Notes under the pieces: model-generated
Told to the model about the DNA's origin: nothing
What the model saw: the letters and a program-made list of their open reading frames with translations, nothing else
The model's database searches: none
Source: Eledone cirrhosa
Lineage: Eukaryota
Reading direction: 5' to 3'
Length of the DNA stretch: 64,000 bases
Assembly: GCA_964016885.1 (NCBI GenBank)
Contig: OZ024751.1
Coordinates: 15,748,001-15,812,000, forward strand
Part shown: one piece after another, positions 28,631 to 41,139 of the stretch
Layout: the number at the start of each line of letters is the position of its first letter
Position numbering within the stretch: position 1 is the stretch's first letter
Translations under genes and position numbers: made by a program

Positions 28631-29258
28631 TACTACTACCTACAATCCATATCAAATAGATTCCAAATGCTGTCTAATTTTTAGAGCGAGGCTAAAATGC
28701 ATGTTTCTAATTAGCATTCGTACTAGCACAGAGTGATTTAAAGTAAAGGCATATATGAACCTACATACATTTACTGTCACTGTGTGTAGTTTAATCTGTA
28801 AACATATCACAGCTAAGTAGAAATTGGTGCCAGAGTTCGGTATATTTGTATTTCAGAGTTGTTACACACCATCACGAGTTAAAATACCATAGCGAGACTA
28901 GATGCATGTTTGTTAAACATAAACATATTTACTCTTTATGGATCTATACATGCCTTAATGTGTTAACTAAATATATACTACGAAAAACAAAAAGATGCCC
29001 TTATATTTCTAATTATGCTATTGCTATATAGTATTTCTATTAGTTAATTGCTAATTAATTCATTTACGTTCTCAGCGCTTGCAGTGTTATGATAATGGAA
29101 GAAGCCAGTGTCTCTCCCACCTCTCTCTCCCCTCCTCTCTCTCTCTATATATATATACATAAAATACACACGCGCGCACACACAGATATTTGTCTTTATC
29201 TCTCTTTTTTAGTCTCTTTCACACGCACTCTCCCCGTCTGTGTTCCACTCCCCCCCCC

Positions 29259-29376
<118 letters not shown>

Positions 29377-29415
29377 AATACAAATATTAATAAAATAGAT
29401 GTTCTTTTGATCAAT

Positions 29416-29474
29416 TAAATTTTATTATACATATTTCAGAGATACAACAGTACGTCCTCATCAGACAAAATATA
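29416..29474 (-). ncRNA. Type I hammerhead ribozyme (F3)
   Basis: UAUAUUUUGU-CUGAUGA-GGAcGUAC(uguu)GUAUcUCU-GAAA-UAUGUA-UA|AUAAAAU. Confidence 0.85.
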
Positions 29475-30727
29475 ATGATACATGACATACCCTGAGATGT
29501 TAAATGGTTAAGATTTAATCAAGGTAGTGATTAACCTAAGAGAAAACTCAACATTTATACCCTAATAATGAGAAAATGCGAAAACGTAATAAATTCAATA
29601 GAGGATGTATGAGTAAGAAAAACGTTGCTTAATGTGACAGCTATAGAGATTTTAAAATGTGGGATACTACAAGTTATGGTTATCTAGGAAAACGTCTCTT
29701 GAATTATAACTGTTTATGAAGGCAACTGATAGAAGATTTAAAGAGAGGATTTAAAGATAAAGGGGAGTAATATATGCAGAAAAAAATCTTTTTTCCTCTA
29801 AGGCTAAACGGCAAAATATTTAATTTATGATATTTTAAGGGTGAAGAATCAAAATTTTAAGTTTTTTAAAAGTTGATGGTTATTTATATTTATTAATTTT
29901 ATAAATTCTATAAATGTGTTAACATTTCTAAAATTCTGAATTTTATGAAGACACAATTTAAAGGATTTAACTTGGCCAGCGAAAGGAAAATTTACACTGT
30001 TGAATATTTTCCTAAATGTAATCTTTAACGAAAATCACCTATAAGAATGTCAACATTTTCGGTATGTAAAGCTTATGAAGTACTTATTGTTAGAAATATC
30101 TAAAAATTAATTGTCAAGTAGTTAGTGTAATGATTAACGCAGAGTTTTCAGCGACTTATATATATATATGTGTGTGTGGAATTATGGTAATAAATTAATA
30201 TTTGTTATATTATATTAAATCTCTATATAAGTTCTACCTTCATGAGAGGAATAAACTCTAAATAATAAATATGTTATTGTACAAATATCTATATTTGCAC
30301 AAACTATATATTTTCACAAACTATATATTTGCACAAACTATATATAGTGTTAAACCAAAACGGTAATTATGTTATTATACACTATAGATATATATGCAAA
30401 AAAAAAAACAAAAGCTGAGATATAGGTAACTAATAATATGATTATGTTATTATACTGATACGCATATTTGCAAAAATAAAAATTAGGTATAGAGAGATAT
30501 ACTAAGTATTAATGAGCCAGTATACTTTTGGTAAATGATAACGAATATAAAATAATAGATTCAAACATGCTAAAGTTAAATACATACATATATATAAAAG
30601 AGTGTAAAGGCATGAATTATTCACAGTTCAAAATATATAATCTAAAAATTTAAAAGTTATCTAAAAATTAGGTATAGAGAGATATACTAAGTATTAGTGA
30701 GACAGTATACTTTTGGTAAATGATAAC

Positions 30728-30911
30728 TGTTTCTACTTTTGGCACAAGGCCAGCAATTATTCCAGTATATTACTGGTACTTTATTTTATCGACCCCGTAA
30801 GGATGAAAGGCAAAGTTAACCTCGGCGGGATTTGAACTCAGACCGTAAAGGGACGTAACTATGCTGGAAAGCATGTCCGACACTCTACCGATACTGCCAA
30901 TTCACCGCCCT
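30728..30911 (-). mobile_element. Full-length Nin-SINE with 22 bp TSD, nested in the F3 PLE
   Basis: tatacttttggtaaatgataac at 30706-30727 and 30912-30933. Confidence 0.92.
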
Positions 30912-31790
30912 TATACTTTTGGTAAATGATAACGATTATAATCTTATATAATAGATTTCAACATGCTAAAGTTAAATACATACATATATATTTAAAAAGA
31001 GTGTAAACGCATGGATGATTCACAGTTCAAAATAAGGTCCGAAAAAATTTACAGGTTGGATATTTGCACTATATTTAAATCATGGATAGAAAAATATAAA
31101 GGTAGGTATATTTAAAAACTTACAAAAGATAAGTACATACATATTATAAATAAAAGAGTGTAAACACATGAATGATTCACAGTTAAAAATAAATTCCGTA
31201 AAAATTTACAGGTCGGATATTTAAACTAAAATTAAAACTTAGATAGGAAAATAAAGATAGAGAAATAATGGTATGGATCAAAGTTAATAATATTATGTTA
31301 TGTATATCAACGTGTCAGCGTGTTATTGAACAAGTGTCATTCATTCGAGCGTTATTCCTTCTATAGATAGTTATAAGATAAATCAATATTAAAGGCCATT
31401 AAGGTTTTCACCTGTTGATTATTTACGTCTAAAAACCAAGTTTAATGGCTTAGTGTTTTTTTCTGGTCTTATGGGAGGCTAGGAATGTAGACGTAGCTTT
31501 ATGAAGACAATTAGAGAGTAGACTGCGTCCAATCTACTGTAAAACTCATTCTTTGATGTACTCATTGAATCTTGTTTAACTCTTATATATATATATATAT
31601 ATATATATAATACATATACACACACACGCTGTCTGTGCCCTCTCTCTTTCTCGTTCTCTCTCTCTTGCTCTCTCTCTCTCTATACATATATATATATATA
31701 TATTATAATTATATATATATACACACACACACACACTCACATATATATATATATATATTATAATTATATATATACACACACACACACACT

Positions 31791-31828
<38 letters not shown>

Positions 31829-31837
31829 TATATATAT

Positions 31838-31991
31838 AACAAAGGAAATGTGGTAAGGAACCAGATGGACCATAACGCACCAGAGTACTCAATACTTAGG
31901 GAAGTAGAGTGAGAAATAGGCTATTTCTGGACTCAAGTCCAGAAATAGCCGTCGAAACGGCTTGAGCTCTGCCGTCGGGGTCATACTTTTT

Positions 31992-31994
<3 letters not shown>
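31838..31994. mobile_element. F5 fold-back element (internally deleted)
   Basis: F5 tail (-) joined to ggctatttctggact-ca-agtccagaaatagcc-gtcgaaacggc... Confidence 0.8.
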
Positions 31995-32023
<29 letters not shown>

Positions 32024-32029
<6 letters not shown>

Positions 32030-32484
32030 CAAGAAAACGAAAAATCAGTGATGCATCTGGACTTAGTTTATTTCGTGTTACAAATGTTTCGCCGGCATGT
32101 AGCTCGAGTCATGGTCCTTGTATGGATCTGACTGATTCTACTTCTGCGGGTTCTTTCAGACACGGCTGTTATGTCCGGAGCAAATTTTATCACTGGGGTG
32201 TTGTCATCAAAACAACACCCTCAAAACACCCAGTGATAAAATTTGCTCCGGACATAACAGCCGTGTCTGAAAGAACCCGCAGAAGTAGAATCAGTCAGAT
32301 CCATACAAGGACCATGACTCGAGCTACATGCCGGCGAAACATTTGTAACACGAAATAAACTAAGTCCAGATGCATCACTGATTTTTCGTTTTCTTGATAA
32401 TATCTACACTCTACTCTGATGAATATCGAGTGTTAATTTTGGCATACCGCCTACGGAAGCACCATAGCTACCACTATACACAAA
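32024..32484. mobile_element. Fold-back element (family F8) with atypical HHR-like fold in both arms
   Basis: ~172 bp near-perfect arms (32024-32197 and 32229-32402) plus an ~80 nt tail; CGUGU-CUGAAAGA...GAAA-CAUUUG-UA|ACACG at 32262-32352. Confidence 0.75.
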
Positions 32485-32499
32485 TATATATATATATAT

Positions 32500-32804
<305 letters not shown>

Positions 32805-32811
32805 TAATATA

Positions 32812-33008
32812 TAGGAACCAATAAGACCCCGACGGCTGAGCTCAAGCCGTTTCGACGGCTAATTCTCAGAATTCTCAGAATTAGCCGTCAAAACGGCTTG
32901 AGCTCAGCCGTCGGGGTCTTACTGGTTCCTATTACCCACTCTACTACCCTAAGTATTGAGTACTTTGGTGCGTTATGGTCCACCTGGTTCCTTACCACAT
33001 TTCCTTCG

Positions 33009-33010
<2 letters not shown>
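32812..33010. mobile_element. F5 fold-back element
   Basis: Palindrome centred ~32872 within HHR stem II; the right arm carries the tail to ttccttcgtta. Confidence 0.85.
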
Positions 33011-33055
<45 letters not shown>

Positions 33056-33399
33056 CTCACTAGTTAAAGTTAAATGTGTTATTCTTCCCCAAATATACTC
33101 TACTCCACTCCACACTATTCACAGTGGTTCTATTACATTTCTCACTTCCATTCATTTTTTTTTTATCAAACATTTCTCTTAAAATTCTATTTTGTTTTCT
33201 TTAAAATTCTTTGTTTAATAATTTACAACTTTGGTTTTATTGTCCCCAAAATTCTTCCTGGAAAACATTTCTCAAGTTCTACGTTGTAATTGAATGCTAG
33301 AAGACACCTCCCCGCCTCGCCACCATTAATGTTTACTGCCATTGTTCAATGTGCCAAACCATCAAAACTCTTCAAAACAGCTGGCGCCATATTATTTAC

Positions 33400-33589
33400 A
33401 CTAGGTTTCTCCCCCTCCCTCTATCTCTCTCTCCCTTTTTCTCCCTCTCCGGCTCCTTTTTTCTCTCTCTCCCACTCTCGCGCCTTCTTTTTCTCGCTTC
33501 TTCTTATATCTCTCTCCTTCTTTCTCTCATTCTTTCTCCCTCTCCTTCATTCTCTCCATATTTCTCTTTCTCCATCTTTCTCTCTTTCT

Positions 33590-33630
<41 letters not shown>

Positions 33631-33960
33631 TCTCTCTTCTTCTTTCTGTCTCTCTCTCTCTCTTCTTCTTTCTATCTCTCTCTCTCTCCCTCTCTCGTCT
33701 CTCCCTCTCTCGTTTCTCTCTCTTCTTCTTTCTGTCTCTCTCTCTCCCTCTTTATCTCTCTCTTTCTTTCTATTTCTCTCCTTTCCCCCTCTCCTTTCTC
33801 TCCATCTTTCTCTCCTCCTTTTTCTCTCTCTCTCTTCTCTCTCTCTCTTTCTATCTCTCTTCTTTCTTTCTCTCTATCTCCCTATCTCTCTCTTTCTATC
33901 TCTCTTCTTTCTTTCTTTCTCTCTATCTCCCTATCTCTCTCTCTCTCTCTCACCGTCATC
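33400..33960. repeat. Degenerate (CT)n low-complexity tract
   Basis: Near-pure pyrimidine run; explains ORFs 33290-34408. Confidence 0.9.
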
Positions 33961-34379
33961 ACCTCTTTCACTCAAGCTCCCCTTTCTTTTACGTTCGTTC
34001 TTACCACTCTCCCCGTCTCTTTTTATCCCCTCTCCCACTGCAATCTGCTTCATGCTTCGTTTTTCTTTCCCGTTTACAAACATCTCACTATTCTGCCATA
34101 ATATTCTGTCTGTCTCTCCTCTTCTCTCTCTCTCTGTGTCTCTCTTCCTCTCTCGCCCTCTGTCTCTCCCTCTCTCTCTCCCTCTGTCTCTCTCTCTCCC
34201 TCTCCTTATCTTTCTTGTCTCAACGTCGCTCAACATGGAGTGTTCATCAACTTCAAATGCAGAAGCACTCGCATACATAGGATATCAGTGCAGACGGCTA
34301 TTTGCACACACACATTCAGACACGCGTACACCCACCCAGACACAGTCAGTGTCTCTCTATCTCACACACACATACACTC

Positions 34380-34525
34380 ACTCAGTGCACAGTCTTTCCT
34401 CACTTTAAAAAATATCTTCACGCACAACATTGCACGATAGAATTAATTATTAATTATTAATAATGGTATATCGTGCTATGGCCATACTCGATAACGAGAG
34501 GGCAGCCATCATGTATGTATGTATG
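34380..34525 (+). mobile_element. 3' part of RTE-related SINE-like element
   Basis: Homologous to 50190-50316; ends gcagccatcat(gtat)n. Confidence 0.75.
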
Positions 34526-36087
34526 TTCTTCTGGTTTTATAATTTCACAAAGTTTTACCAATAGAGAGAGAGTCGGTTTCTAACATAGACACAAGACTCT
34601 CTCATTGGAATTTACACAACATCAACTAGGTAGATATGTATGTATGCATGCATGTGGATGTTATTGTATGTGTGGATGTGTATGTTTTGAATTGTATGTG
34701 TGCATGTGTATATGCTTTGTATCTGTACATGTGTATATGCAGTTATTAGATGCAACATTTTTGGAATGTTTTACATATTTTTACTGTTCCATTAATGGAT
34801 TGTACTTGTAATTTCCTAACTAGTTGTGTTCTTCCTGTTCCTGTGAAGCCTAGCTTCTCAAGATTTGTATTGAGGCAGTTACTAACATATCCCAGTGCCC
34901 CGATAATCACAGGCATAAATCTGAAGGTGTAATCAGGGTGGGGTATCTGCAGATTTCTCATCAGTTCTGCATAAATATTCTCCTTTTTACTAATCTTTGA
35001 TATTATATTGGCATCTGCTGGGCAGCTAATTTACACTACTGTGCATGTTTCCTTCACCCTGTCCCATATCATAATATCTGGTCTGTAATGCCTGCATTTT
35101 ATTGGGGTTTTTACTGGAACATTCCACCAGTACTCTTTCATATTATGTACATGGATGTCTTCCACATTGTTGTAGCTTTTAATGTGTTTATTATCGGGGC
35201 TATCTTTTTTACGAACTGCATTGTACAGTGTTTTGGCCACTACATCATGCCTCATAGGTAGATAGTACCGCGATGACATCTTTGGACAGCTGCTGATGAC
35301 ATGGGTGATATCCTCGATGTTAGTTCTGCAGAGTCTGCACTTGTTATCACATCTAGGTGTTTTGCCTGCATCCCTATCTCTTTTGTGAATCAGGTATTTC
35401 GTGTTAATCTCCTGTTCTTGGATTGCAAAAGCGTATCCTTCAAAGTGGGAGCCAATATAGCGGTTGTTGTGTGCAAATAGTCGTCTGATGTCCTATGTAT
35501 GCGAGTGCTTCTGCATTTGAAGTTGATGAACACTTCATGTTGAGCGACGTTGAGACAAGAAAGATAAGGAGAGGGAGAGAGGGAGGGAGAGAGAGGGAGA
35601 GACAGGGGGAGGGAGAGAGAGAGACAGAGGGAGAGAGATGAGGAGAGACAGGGGGAGGAAGAGAAAGTCAGAGAGGAAGACAGACAGAATATTATGGTAG
35701 AATAGTGAGATGTTTGATAAACGGGAAAGAAAAACGAAGCACTTTCCTTATCTATATTACTCTCACTCTGGAGCTTCCTGGCAACATATCCATGCATGAT
35801 TTTTTGCTGATAAGCATGCAGTTTTTCATCCATGGATTCACTGCGATACTGCTGAGCGAAAATCCCTGGGTGTGAGTTTTTGATTATCACACAGGGAATA
35901 TCTCTCAAGGAGTTCCTTCCCAACTCTCATGATCTTATCTGTTTCATGCAGATAGACTTGCTCGAGAGACGGGCTCCTACGCTTCGAGGTTCGTAGATGT
36001 CGGAGAGATATGATGCGACATTCAAATGCTGTCTGGACTGATGTTTGGCCTCTGTCCCCCTGCTTACATTTCAAGTAAAGGCGGTCT
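34525..36087 (-). pseudogene. R4/Dong-like RLE LINE 3' half in (TACA)n, with internal insertion
   Basis: FEGYAFAIQEQEINTK..CRLCRTNIEDITHVISSCPKMSSRYYLPMRHDVVAK..RPDIMIWDR..ISCPAD..PVIIGALG; stops and frameshifts; ORF ends at 34746; flanked on both sides by (TACA)n. Confidence 0.9.
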
Positions 36088-36279
36088 GTATGTATGTATG
36101 TATGTATGTATGTATGTATGTATGTATGCATGTATGTATGTATGTATGTATGTATGTATGTATGTGTGTATAAATATATAATATATATATGCACACTCGC
36201 AAACTGACAAGCACACTAATATATATAAAAAAAAGCATAAAAACACAGAGAAAAGAGAGAATGGAGGAGAGAGGCGAGA

Positions 36280-36383
36280 GAGAGAGAGAGAGAGAGAGTG
36301 TGTGTGTGAGAGACAGAGAGAGAGAGTGTGTGTGTGTGTGTGGGAGAGAGAGAGAGAGTGTGTGTGTGTGTGTGAGAGAGAGA

Positions 36384-36422
<39 letters not shown>

Positions 36423-36455
36423 TGTGTGTATGTGTGTGTGGGAGACAGAGAGAGA

Positions 36456-36552
<97 letters not shown>

Positions 36553-36577
36553 TGTGTGTGTGAGAGAGAGAGAGAGA

Positions 36578-36608
<31 letters not shown>

Positions 36609-36631
36609 TGTGTGTGTGTGAGAGAGAGAGA

Positions 36632-36666
<35 letters not shown>

Positions 36667-36715
36667 TGTGTGTGTGAGAGAGAGAGAGAGTGTGTGTGTG
36701 TGTGAGAGAGAGAGA

Positions 36716-36747
<32 letters not shown>

Positions 36748-36835
36748 GTGTGTGTGTGTGTGAGAGAGAGTGTGTGTGTGAGAGAGAGAGAGAGAGAGTG
36801 TGTGTGTGTGAGAGAGAGAGAGTGAGTGAGAGAGG
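36280..36835. repeat. Alternating (GA)n(GT)n compound microsatellite array
   Basis: About 20 alternating blocks. Confidence 0.9.
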
Positions 36836-37037
36836 GATATATATATATATGATTATCCCGGGTTCAATCGGGGGTACCACAGTAAGTAAGGAATTGAATA
36901 CATAGCAGAGTATAAATATTTCTCCCGAATGAAACAGTTCTAGACCTGTAGAAGCCATTTCTCTCTCTCTATATATATATATATAAAGAGAGAGTGAGCG
37001 AGAGAGAGCGAGAGAGGAAGAGAAAGAGAGAAAGAGA

Positions 37038-37096
<59 letters not shown>

Positions 37097-37392
37097 AGTG
37101 AGAAAGAGATATGGAAGAAGAATCGATTCCAGTGGCACTTTTTTTTATCGATCTTGAAAGGGACTTTGGCTGGATTTAGACTCAGAATACAAAGAATCGT
37201 TTTTATTAAAGAACTCGATGTTTCCTTTAAGAATATAATAAACTAGCAGAATGGCCCGGCGTTGCTCGGTATTTGCTCTAGGGTTCTTATATATTTGATA
37301 TATATTTATCCTTATCGAGCCTCGTGAAATAAATACGTTTGATTATATTTTGGTATTGTGTATGCAAAAATATCTGTACACGAATATATAAT

Positions 37393-37481
<89 letters not shown>

Positions 37482-37526
37482 AAGTTAAATAAAAAGTCAA
37501 ATGATTAAAATTTAGCTTCGTTTATT

Positions 37527-37581
37527 ACTGCTATATATATTTCAGTGACAGCCATCTTTGGCTGTGACCTCTTCAGGCAGT
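37527..37581 (-). ncRNA. Type I hammerhead ribozyme (F7 left arm)
   Basis: ACUGC-CUGAAGA-GGUcACAGCCA(aaga)UGGCUGUcACU-GAAA-UAUAUA-UA|GCAGU. Confidence 0.9.
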
Positions 37582-37725
37582 TTGAATTAGTATGGTATAG
37601 ACAAGTACATATGTTGTTGAGGTGTATAATATTGTCAATACTCTGATATGCCCAGTTCCTGGTTGGGTTGTTATTTCACTGAGGAACTGGAATCATATGT
37701 ACTTGTCTATACCATACTAATTCAA

Positions 37726-37780
37726 ACTGCCTGAAGAGGTCACAGCCAAAGATGGCTGTTACTGAAATATATATAGCAGT
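37726..37780 (+). ncRNA. Type I hammerhead ribozyme (F7 right arm)
   Basis: ACUGC-CUGAAGA-GGUcACAGCCA(aaga)UGGCUGUuACU-GAAA-UAUAUA-UA|GCAGU. Confidence 0.9.
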
Positions 37781-38311
37781 AATAAACGAAGCTAAATTTT
37801 AATCATTTGACTTTTTATTTAACTTTATTTAACTTTATTTTACACTACTCCGGAGTAACCAAACCAACCTGCGCACTTCGTCGAGTGCTCCAGCCTGCAT
37901 ACTGAGGTGTTGGTATACAACCAATATAAACTCAAAATATCTCTCTATATATATGTATTGAAATTTCCGTTGGAAACATAAACGTTTGAATTTGTAAAGC
38001 CAAAACAACGCAGGTATGGACATAGAAATAATATATATATATATATTAAAATAACAGATTAAAGTTTAAGCAAAGAATCGCTGCTTTCAGAGTTAACGGC
38101 ATTAGTGATCTGACAGACAGACAGACATACATTCTCTGTTTTAGATATATAGATAACAATAGAATTGAAACAACATCATTTAACAATAGAACTAATGATG
38201 TTCCTCGATAGAGCACTTCTTCCGAAATCTTTTTCAATGTTTTTTCTATTGTCAACCCAACAAAAGTTTATCTCTATTATAGATAAGAAATATTTTTAGG
38301 TAACCTAATAT

Positions 38312-38499
38312 CCATGCGTGGCCTAGAGGTAAAGGTGTTGGACTTATGACTATAACGTAGTGGGTTCGATTCTCGGACTGGGTTGTGTGTTGTGTTCTTG
38401 AGTAAGAGACATCATTTCATGCTGCGCCAGCATACTCAACTGAAAATGAGTACCAGCAATAGCTGGGAGTTTAACCCTTCGATGGACTGGCGTCCGGTC

Positions 38500-38500
<1 letters not shown>
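38312..38500 (+). mobile_element. tRNA-derived SINE (V/Meta-like)
   Basis: A-box tggcctagagg, B-box ggttcgattc, ttgtgttcttgagtaagagaca core. Confidence 0.7.
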
Positions 38501-38534
<34 letters not shown>

Positions 38535-38836
38535 TGGAAACCTGTTGAACCTCCGTGTTTGAGACAGACTTTTGACTAGAGAATCTAGAATCCAGGCAGC
38601 TAATTTCAGACTCATACTAAAGATGTATGATATATACAAGAAAAGAAAACCATGAGACTGATGCTGTAAAACCTAGAACATCTGTAGAACGTCGGATAGA
38701 ATGTTTTGCTTTATTTGTTGCGGCTCTCTGCGATCTGAGTTCGAATACCGCCGAGGTCATCTTTATCTTCCATAATTTCGATGTCGATACTCGAGTCTAT
38801 TCTCTCTCTCTCTCTGTCTCTCTCTCTATATATATA

Positions 38837-39158
38837 TAGTTATGTAATAAACAACATAAGGCAATTATTCCATTTACCAGTGGTTTCTTAAAAGCAAAAG
38901 ATTTTGCTTTCAATCCTTAGAATGAAAAAATCCTGGTCTGTTTATTGAATTTGGATTTTAAAAAACCTTTTTAAAATCCAAATTCAATAAACAGACCAGG
39001 ATTTTTTCATTCTGAGGATTGAAAGCAAAATCTTTTGCTTTTAAGAAACCACTGGTAAATGGAATAATTGCCTTATGTTGTTTATTACATAACTATTAAG
39101 CTCTGTTACCTACATAGAGCACTCTTTTTTCCTGGACTTTTCCGACGGAATTACTTCA

Positions 39159-39162
<4 letters not shown>
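38837..39162. mobile_element. Fold-back element (family F6)
   Basis: ~128 bp arms meeting at ~38966 with almost no spacer; ~65 nt tail; left HHR core mutated (CUAAGGA). Confidence 0.85.
39005..39064 (+). ncRNA. Type I hammerhead ribozyme (F6)
   Basis: UUUCAUU-CUGAGGA-UUGAAAGCAAA(aucu)UUUGCUUUUAA-GAAA-CCACUGG-UA|AAUGGAA. Confidence 0.88.
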
Positions 39163-39191
<29 letters not shown>

Positions 39192-39195
<4 letters not shown>

Positions 39196-39507
39196 CAAGT
39201 AAGTATGTTTTGAAACAGTGAGCAGGTTTGAAATTAGAAAATAGAATAGCTTTCACCGTACTTTTGACTAAAGAAATTTTAGTCTGATAATGAGGTTTAG
39301 AACCCTCAGATAAATGGAAAAAGATGAGTATTGACGTACATGGGAGCATTTACACCAATGGTGTAATGGTAGCACAGTGGTCTGGATAACCAAAGATGTG
39401 GGTTCGACTCCCATGTACGTCAATACTCATCTTTTTCCATTTATCTGAGGGTTCTAAACCCCATTATCAGACTAAAATTTCTTTAGTCAAAAGTACGGTG
39501 AAAGCTA
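39192..39507. mobile_element. Fold-back element with tRNA-like head (family F12)
   Basis: Arms 39247-39346 and 39408-39507; the centre holds A-box tggtgtaatgg, D, anticodon and T hairpins and B-box ggttcgactcc (39351-39417); acceptor stem incomplete; ~55 nt tail on the left arm. Confidence 0.75.
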
Positions 39508-39534
39508 TATGTATATATGTATATATTTATTTAT

Positions 39535-39830
39535 TTATGTAATAAACAACACAGTATAATTATTCCATTACCCAAGGTTTCACGAAGTTAGACGATTCTT
39601 ACAGAAACGTCTGTTTCGTTCATCAGATGAAAAATCTTTATTATGGCTATAAGATATGAAATTAAAATCTATCTTTTTTTTTAGAATTCTGTTAGAATCG
39701 TCTAACTTCGTGAAACCTTGGGTAATGGAATAATTATATTGTGTTGTTTATTATATAATTAAATAGCTCTGTACTACACATAGAGCACTCTTCTTTCCTT
39801 TAACTTTTCTACGGAAATACTTAACATATA
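39535..39830. mobile_element. Fold-back element (family F6b)
   Basis: The minus arm has a full HHR; the plus arm begins inside stem II (~39686) and carries the tail. Confidence 0.8.
39562..39633 (-). ncRNA. Type I hammerhead ribozyme (F6b)
   Basis: UUUCAU-CUGAUGA-ACGAA..AGACG(loop)CGUCU..UUCGU-GAAA-CCUUGGG-UA|AUGGAA. Confidence 0.85.
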
Positions 39831-39837
39831 TATATAT

Positions 39838-40242
39838 GCGAAATTTATATACATATCCGTATACAGCTATGTCTGAAGCTAAATCCTATTTCTATTCTAT
39901 TCTAAGTTGAGCCAATTTATGCAGCTTCATATGCAAATGAGATTAATCACTTCATTTACACAGACGAGAAAACTATATATTCTCGACTGTTTTCAAGTCC
40001 AGCAATCGCAAGTGTGGGAGGGATCGTCCTGATGAGGATCAGTTAAGTCTGAAATGCATCGACGATTGCCCCCCCCCCCCCCTTGCTTCCGCTAGACACC
40101 ACCAGAGGGCGTCAGCCCCGGTGTTTTTTAGCGTAGCTACGGCTTTCTAAATGTTTGCCTGTAAACATACCGTGTTTCTTTAGAAATACGAAATTTCTAT
40201 ACATATCTGTATACAGCTATGTCTGAAGCTAAATTCTAATTC

Positions 40243-40250
<8 letters not shown>
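39838..40250 (+). mobile_element. F1 element in partial direct-repeat (pLTR) arrangement
   Basis: cgaaattt.tatacatatc.gtatacagctatgtctgaagctaaat at 39839 and 40189. Confidence 0.8.
40022..40067 (+). ncRNA. Minimal type I hammerhead ribozyme (F1)
   Basis: GAUCGUC-CUGAUGA-GGAU(cagttaa)GUCU-GAAA-UGCA-UC|GACGAUU. Confidence 0.88.
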
Positions 40251-40334
<84 letters not shown>

Positions 40335-40491
40335 GTATATATATATATAAACTATTAGAATTTCAAATCCGAAAGCAGATAATTATAGGCAAAGAAGTTA
40401 TACAGCTCAAACATACGGGATTTTTTTACGTACACAAAGCTATATACAATTTTATAGAAAAGTAAGAAATACTACTATGAACGATTATGAA

Positions 40492-40559
<68 letters not shown>

Positions 40560-40560
40560 C

Positions 40561-40614
<54 letters not shown>

Positions 40615-40929
40615 CCTCTCACTCTCTCTTCCTCTCTCACTACTCCCCGAGAAAACACAGCTATATTCAAATCTGGAGTGGAGTGGGTTCTGCCAGGTTT
40701 AAAATGCCCAAACCACCATCAGGAGTTGCGGGTTCATATATATACATGCATAAAGACAATCTAGAATCTATGAATAACTAAGCGTATCTTGTATATATAT
40801 GTTCGTAGTCCTTGTATATATATGTTCGTAGTCAAAGAGTAGTCTGCTAGGTTGTTTATTCCATTGTTCAGCCCCCTTGAAAACCCCTTTTGTCAATATA
40901 CAGAAAGTAACCTGCTATCAGTGGATATT

Positions 40930-40989
<60 letters not shown>

Positions 40990-41139
40990 TCCTTCCTTCC
41001 TTCCTTCCTTCATTCATTCCTTCTTCCCTTCCTTCTCCCCCTTCTCTCTCTCGACATCCTTTCTGTTCTCCAGGAAGTATTTGTTAAAGTATGTACACAC
41101 ACATATATCAGCCATATGTTATTTTTGTCAATAGATTTC

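Larger units (their letters stand above)
29380..31585 (-). mobile_element. Second F3 PLE remnant with an inverted terminal piece
   Basis: 29380-30100 aligns with ~8950-9645 reversed; 31320-31520 aligns with 7420-7620; 31525-31585 (+) is the F3 tail (9685-9750) inverted relative to the body. Confidence 0.8.
37475..37950. mobile_element. Fold-back element (family F7)
   Basis: Arms 37475-37612 and 37694-37830, ~80 bp spacer, ~110 nt tail on the right; intact HHR in both arms. Confidence 0.85.
37243..38153 (-). mobile_element. Probable non-autonomous Helitron carrying the nested F7 element
   Basis: 5' A|TCtatatatctaaaacagagaatgtatgtctgtctg at 38153; 3' hairpin ccgagcaacgccgg + ttctgCTAG|T at 37243; linkage of the two ends is inferred. 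Confidence 0.55.

Noticed and set aside
33290-34408. 372 aa ORF
   Set aside because: Driven by a pyrimidine-only low-complexity tract.
39351-39417. Functional tRNA gene
   Set aside because: The acceptor stem does not close, and it is embedded in a repeated element; treated as a tRNA-derived head.
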